Assembly (NCBI GenBank): GCA_038087875.1
Contig: CM075995.1
Span: 10,790,001 to 10,854,000, forward strand
Origin: Malacoraja senta
Taxonomy: Eukaryota
Reading direction: 5' to 3'
DNA: 64,000 nt
Part shown: one piece after another, positions 63,242 through 64,000 of the stretch
Layout of the letters: the number at the start of each line of letters is the position of its first letter
Numbering within the stretch: position 1 is the stretch's first letter
The notes under the pieces: model-generated
The model's database searches: none
What the model was told of the DNA's origin: nothing
What the model saw: only the letters and a program-made list of their open reading frames with translations
Translations under genes and position numbers: made by a program

Positions 63242-63846
63242 TGTAGCGGCAGATTTTTATGTTGTTCAAGAGATTATTCCCTCTAGGCCGCTAAGTGGAC
63301 TGCATGATTAAAGAGAATGTCGTTATACGCAGGCGAGCTCTCCGTCGGGGAACTTCAGAGCTTCTTCACAGATAAATCTTCATAACACAGTCTTTTGATT
63401 AATATATTCTTTATTGCTGATGAAAAACAATAAGGTACATCCAAACTTCTTCCGACTCATACACTATAATCTTCGTCAAACTCCAGCTTATCGCTTTAAA
63501 GGTTAGAAAACTCCTCGTGTCTCCATTACGCTTCACATGGTCAAAGGGCATACCTTCCCCATGCTGGTCCAAAACTAAACTAAAAACTAAGTTTCTGTGC
63601 AAGATACATAGCTCCAAACATGCCCTAAAATACGTCATAAATCCCACCCACAATATAATGGGCAGTCTAAAGTTTAAAGACACATGCCATCATTAATGAC
63701 ACACAAAACAAGCCAAATGGCCACTATATACTGGCCCCTAATTGTTCCGAGTATATAACGAGGCAATTATTAATAAAAATCCAAAAAGTAGCCATGATAG
63801 CTTAACATATATCAAAAGCAAAAAATCAGGGAACTGAACCCCGTGA

Positions 63847-63918
63847 CTCCTCGTCGGGGAATTGAACCCCGGTCTCCCACGTGACAGGCGGGGATACTAA
63901 CCATTATACTAACGAGTA
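63847..63918 (-). tRNA. trnD-GTC: tRNA-Asp(GTC), variant or pseudogene
   Basis: Minus strand TACTCGTTAGTATAATGGTTAGTATCCCCGCCTGTCACGTGGGAGACCGGGGTTCAATTCCCCGACGAGGAG, 72 nt, with GTC anticodon, A/B boxes and a downstream T-run. Confidence 0.88.
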
Positions 63919-64000
63919 AAAATTAGCATGCACTATATATCCGCAATCAGAATTCTTCATCGACTCTTCCATCTTCACTTTCACCTTCTAGAAGCAAGCA

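Overview
Eukaryotic, repeat-saturated vertebrate DNA. The CR1-dominated landscape and HE1-like V-SINEs suggest a cartilaginous fish (inference). There is a 200-N scaffold gap at 5302-5501. The only intact host gene is the 3' half (five GT-AG exons, 5580-17184, + strand) of a divergent alanine aminotransferase (GPT/GPT2-like) paralogue. Its splicing and reading frame are intact, but Thr replaces the PLP Schiff-base lysine, making it a candidate pseudoenzyme. Also present are a decayed F-type lectin (fucolectin) exon at about 43312-43469 and a variant tRNA-Asp(GTC) at 63847-63918 (-). The rest is a nested retroelement pile: many CR1 LINEs (one near full length), L2, L1 and Tx1-like LINEs, a Penelope-like GIY-YIG fragment with short hammerhead-ribozyme-like derivatives, a class I-like endogenous retrovirus remnant, two nested Gypsy LTR elements, a solo LTR, and a DIRS1 tyrosine-recombinase retrotransposon (44115-62362) with both termini and its ICR preserved, hosting four LINE insertions. 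All calls were made by eye, with no database searches, and element boundaries lacking a TSD are approximate.
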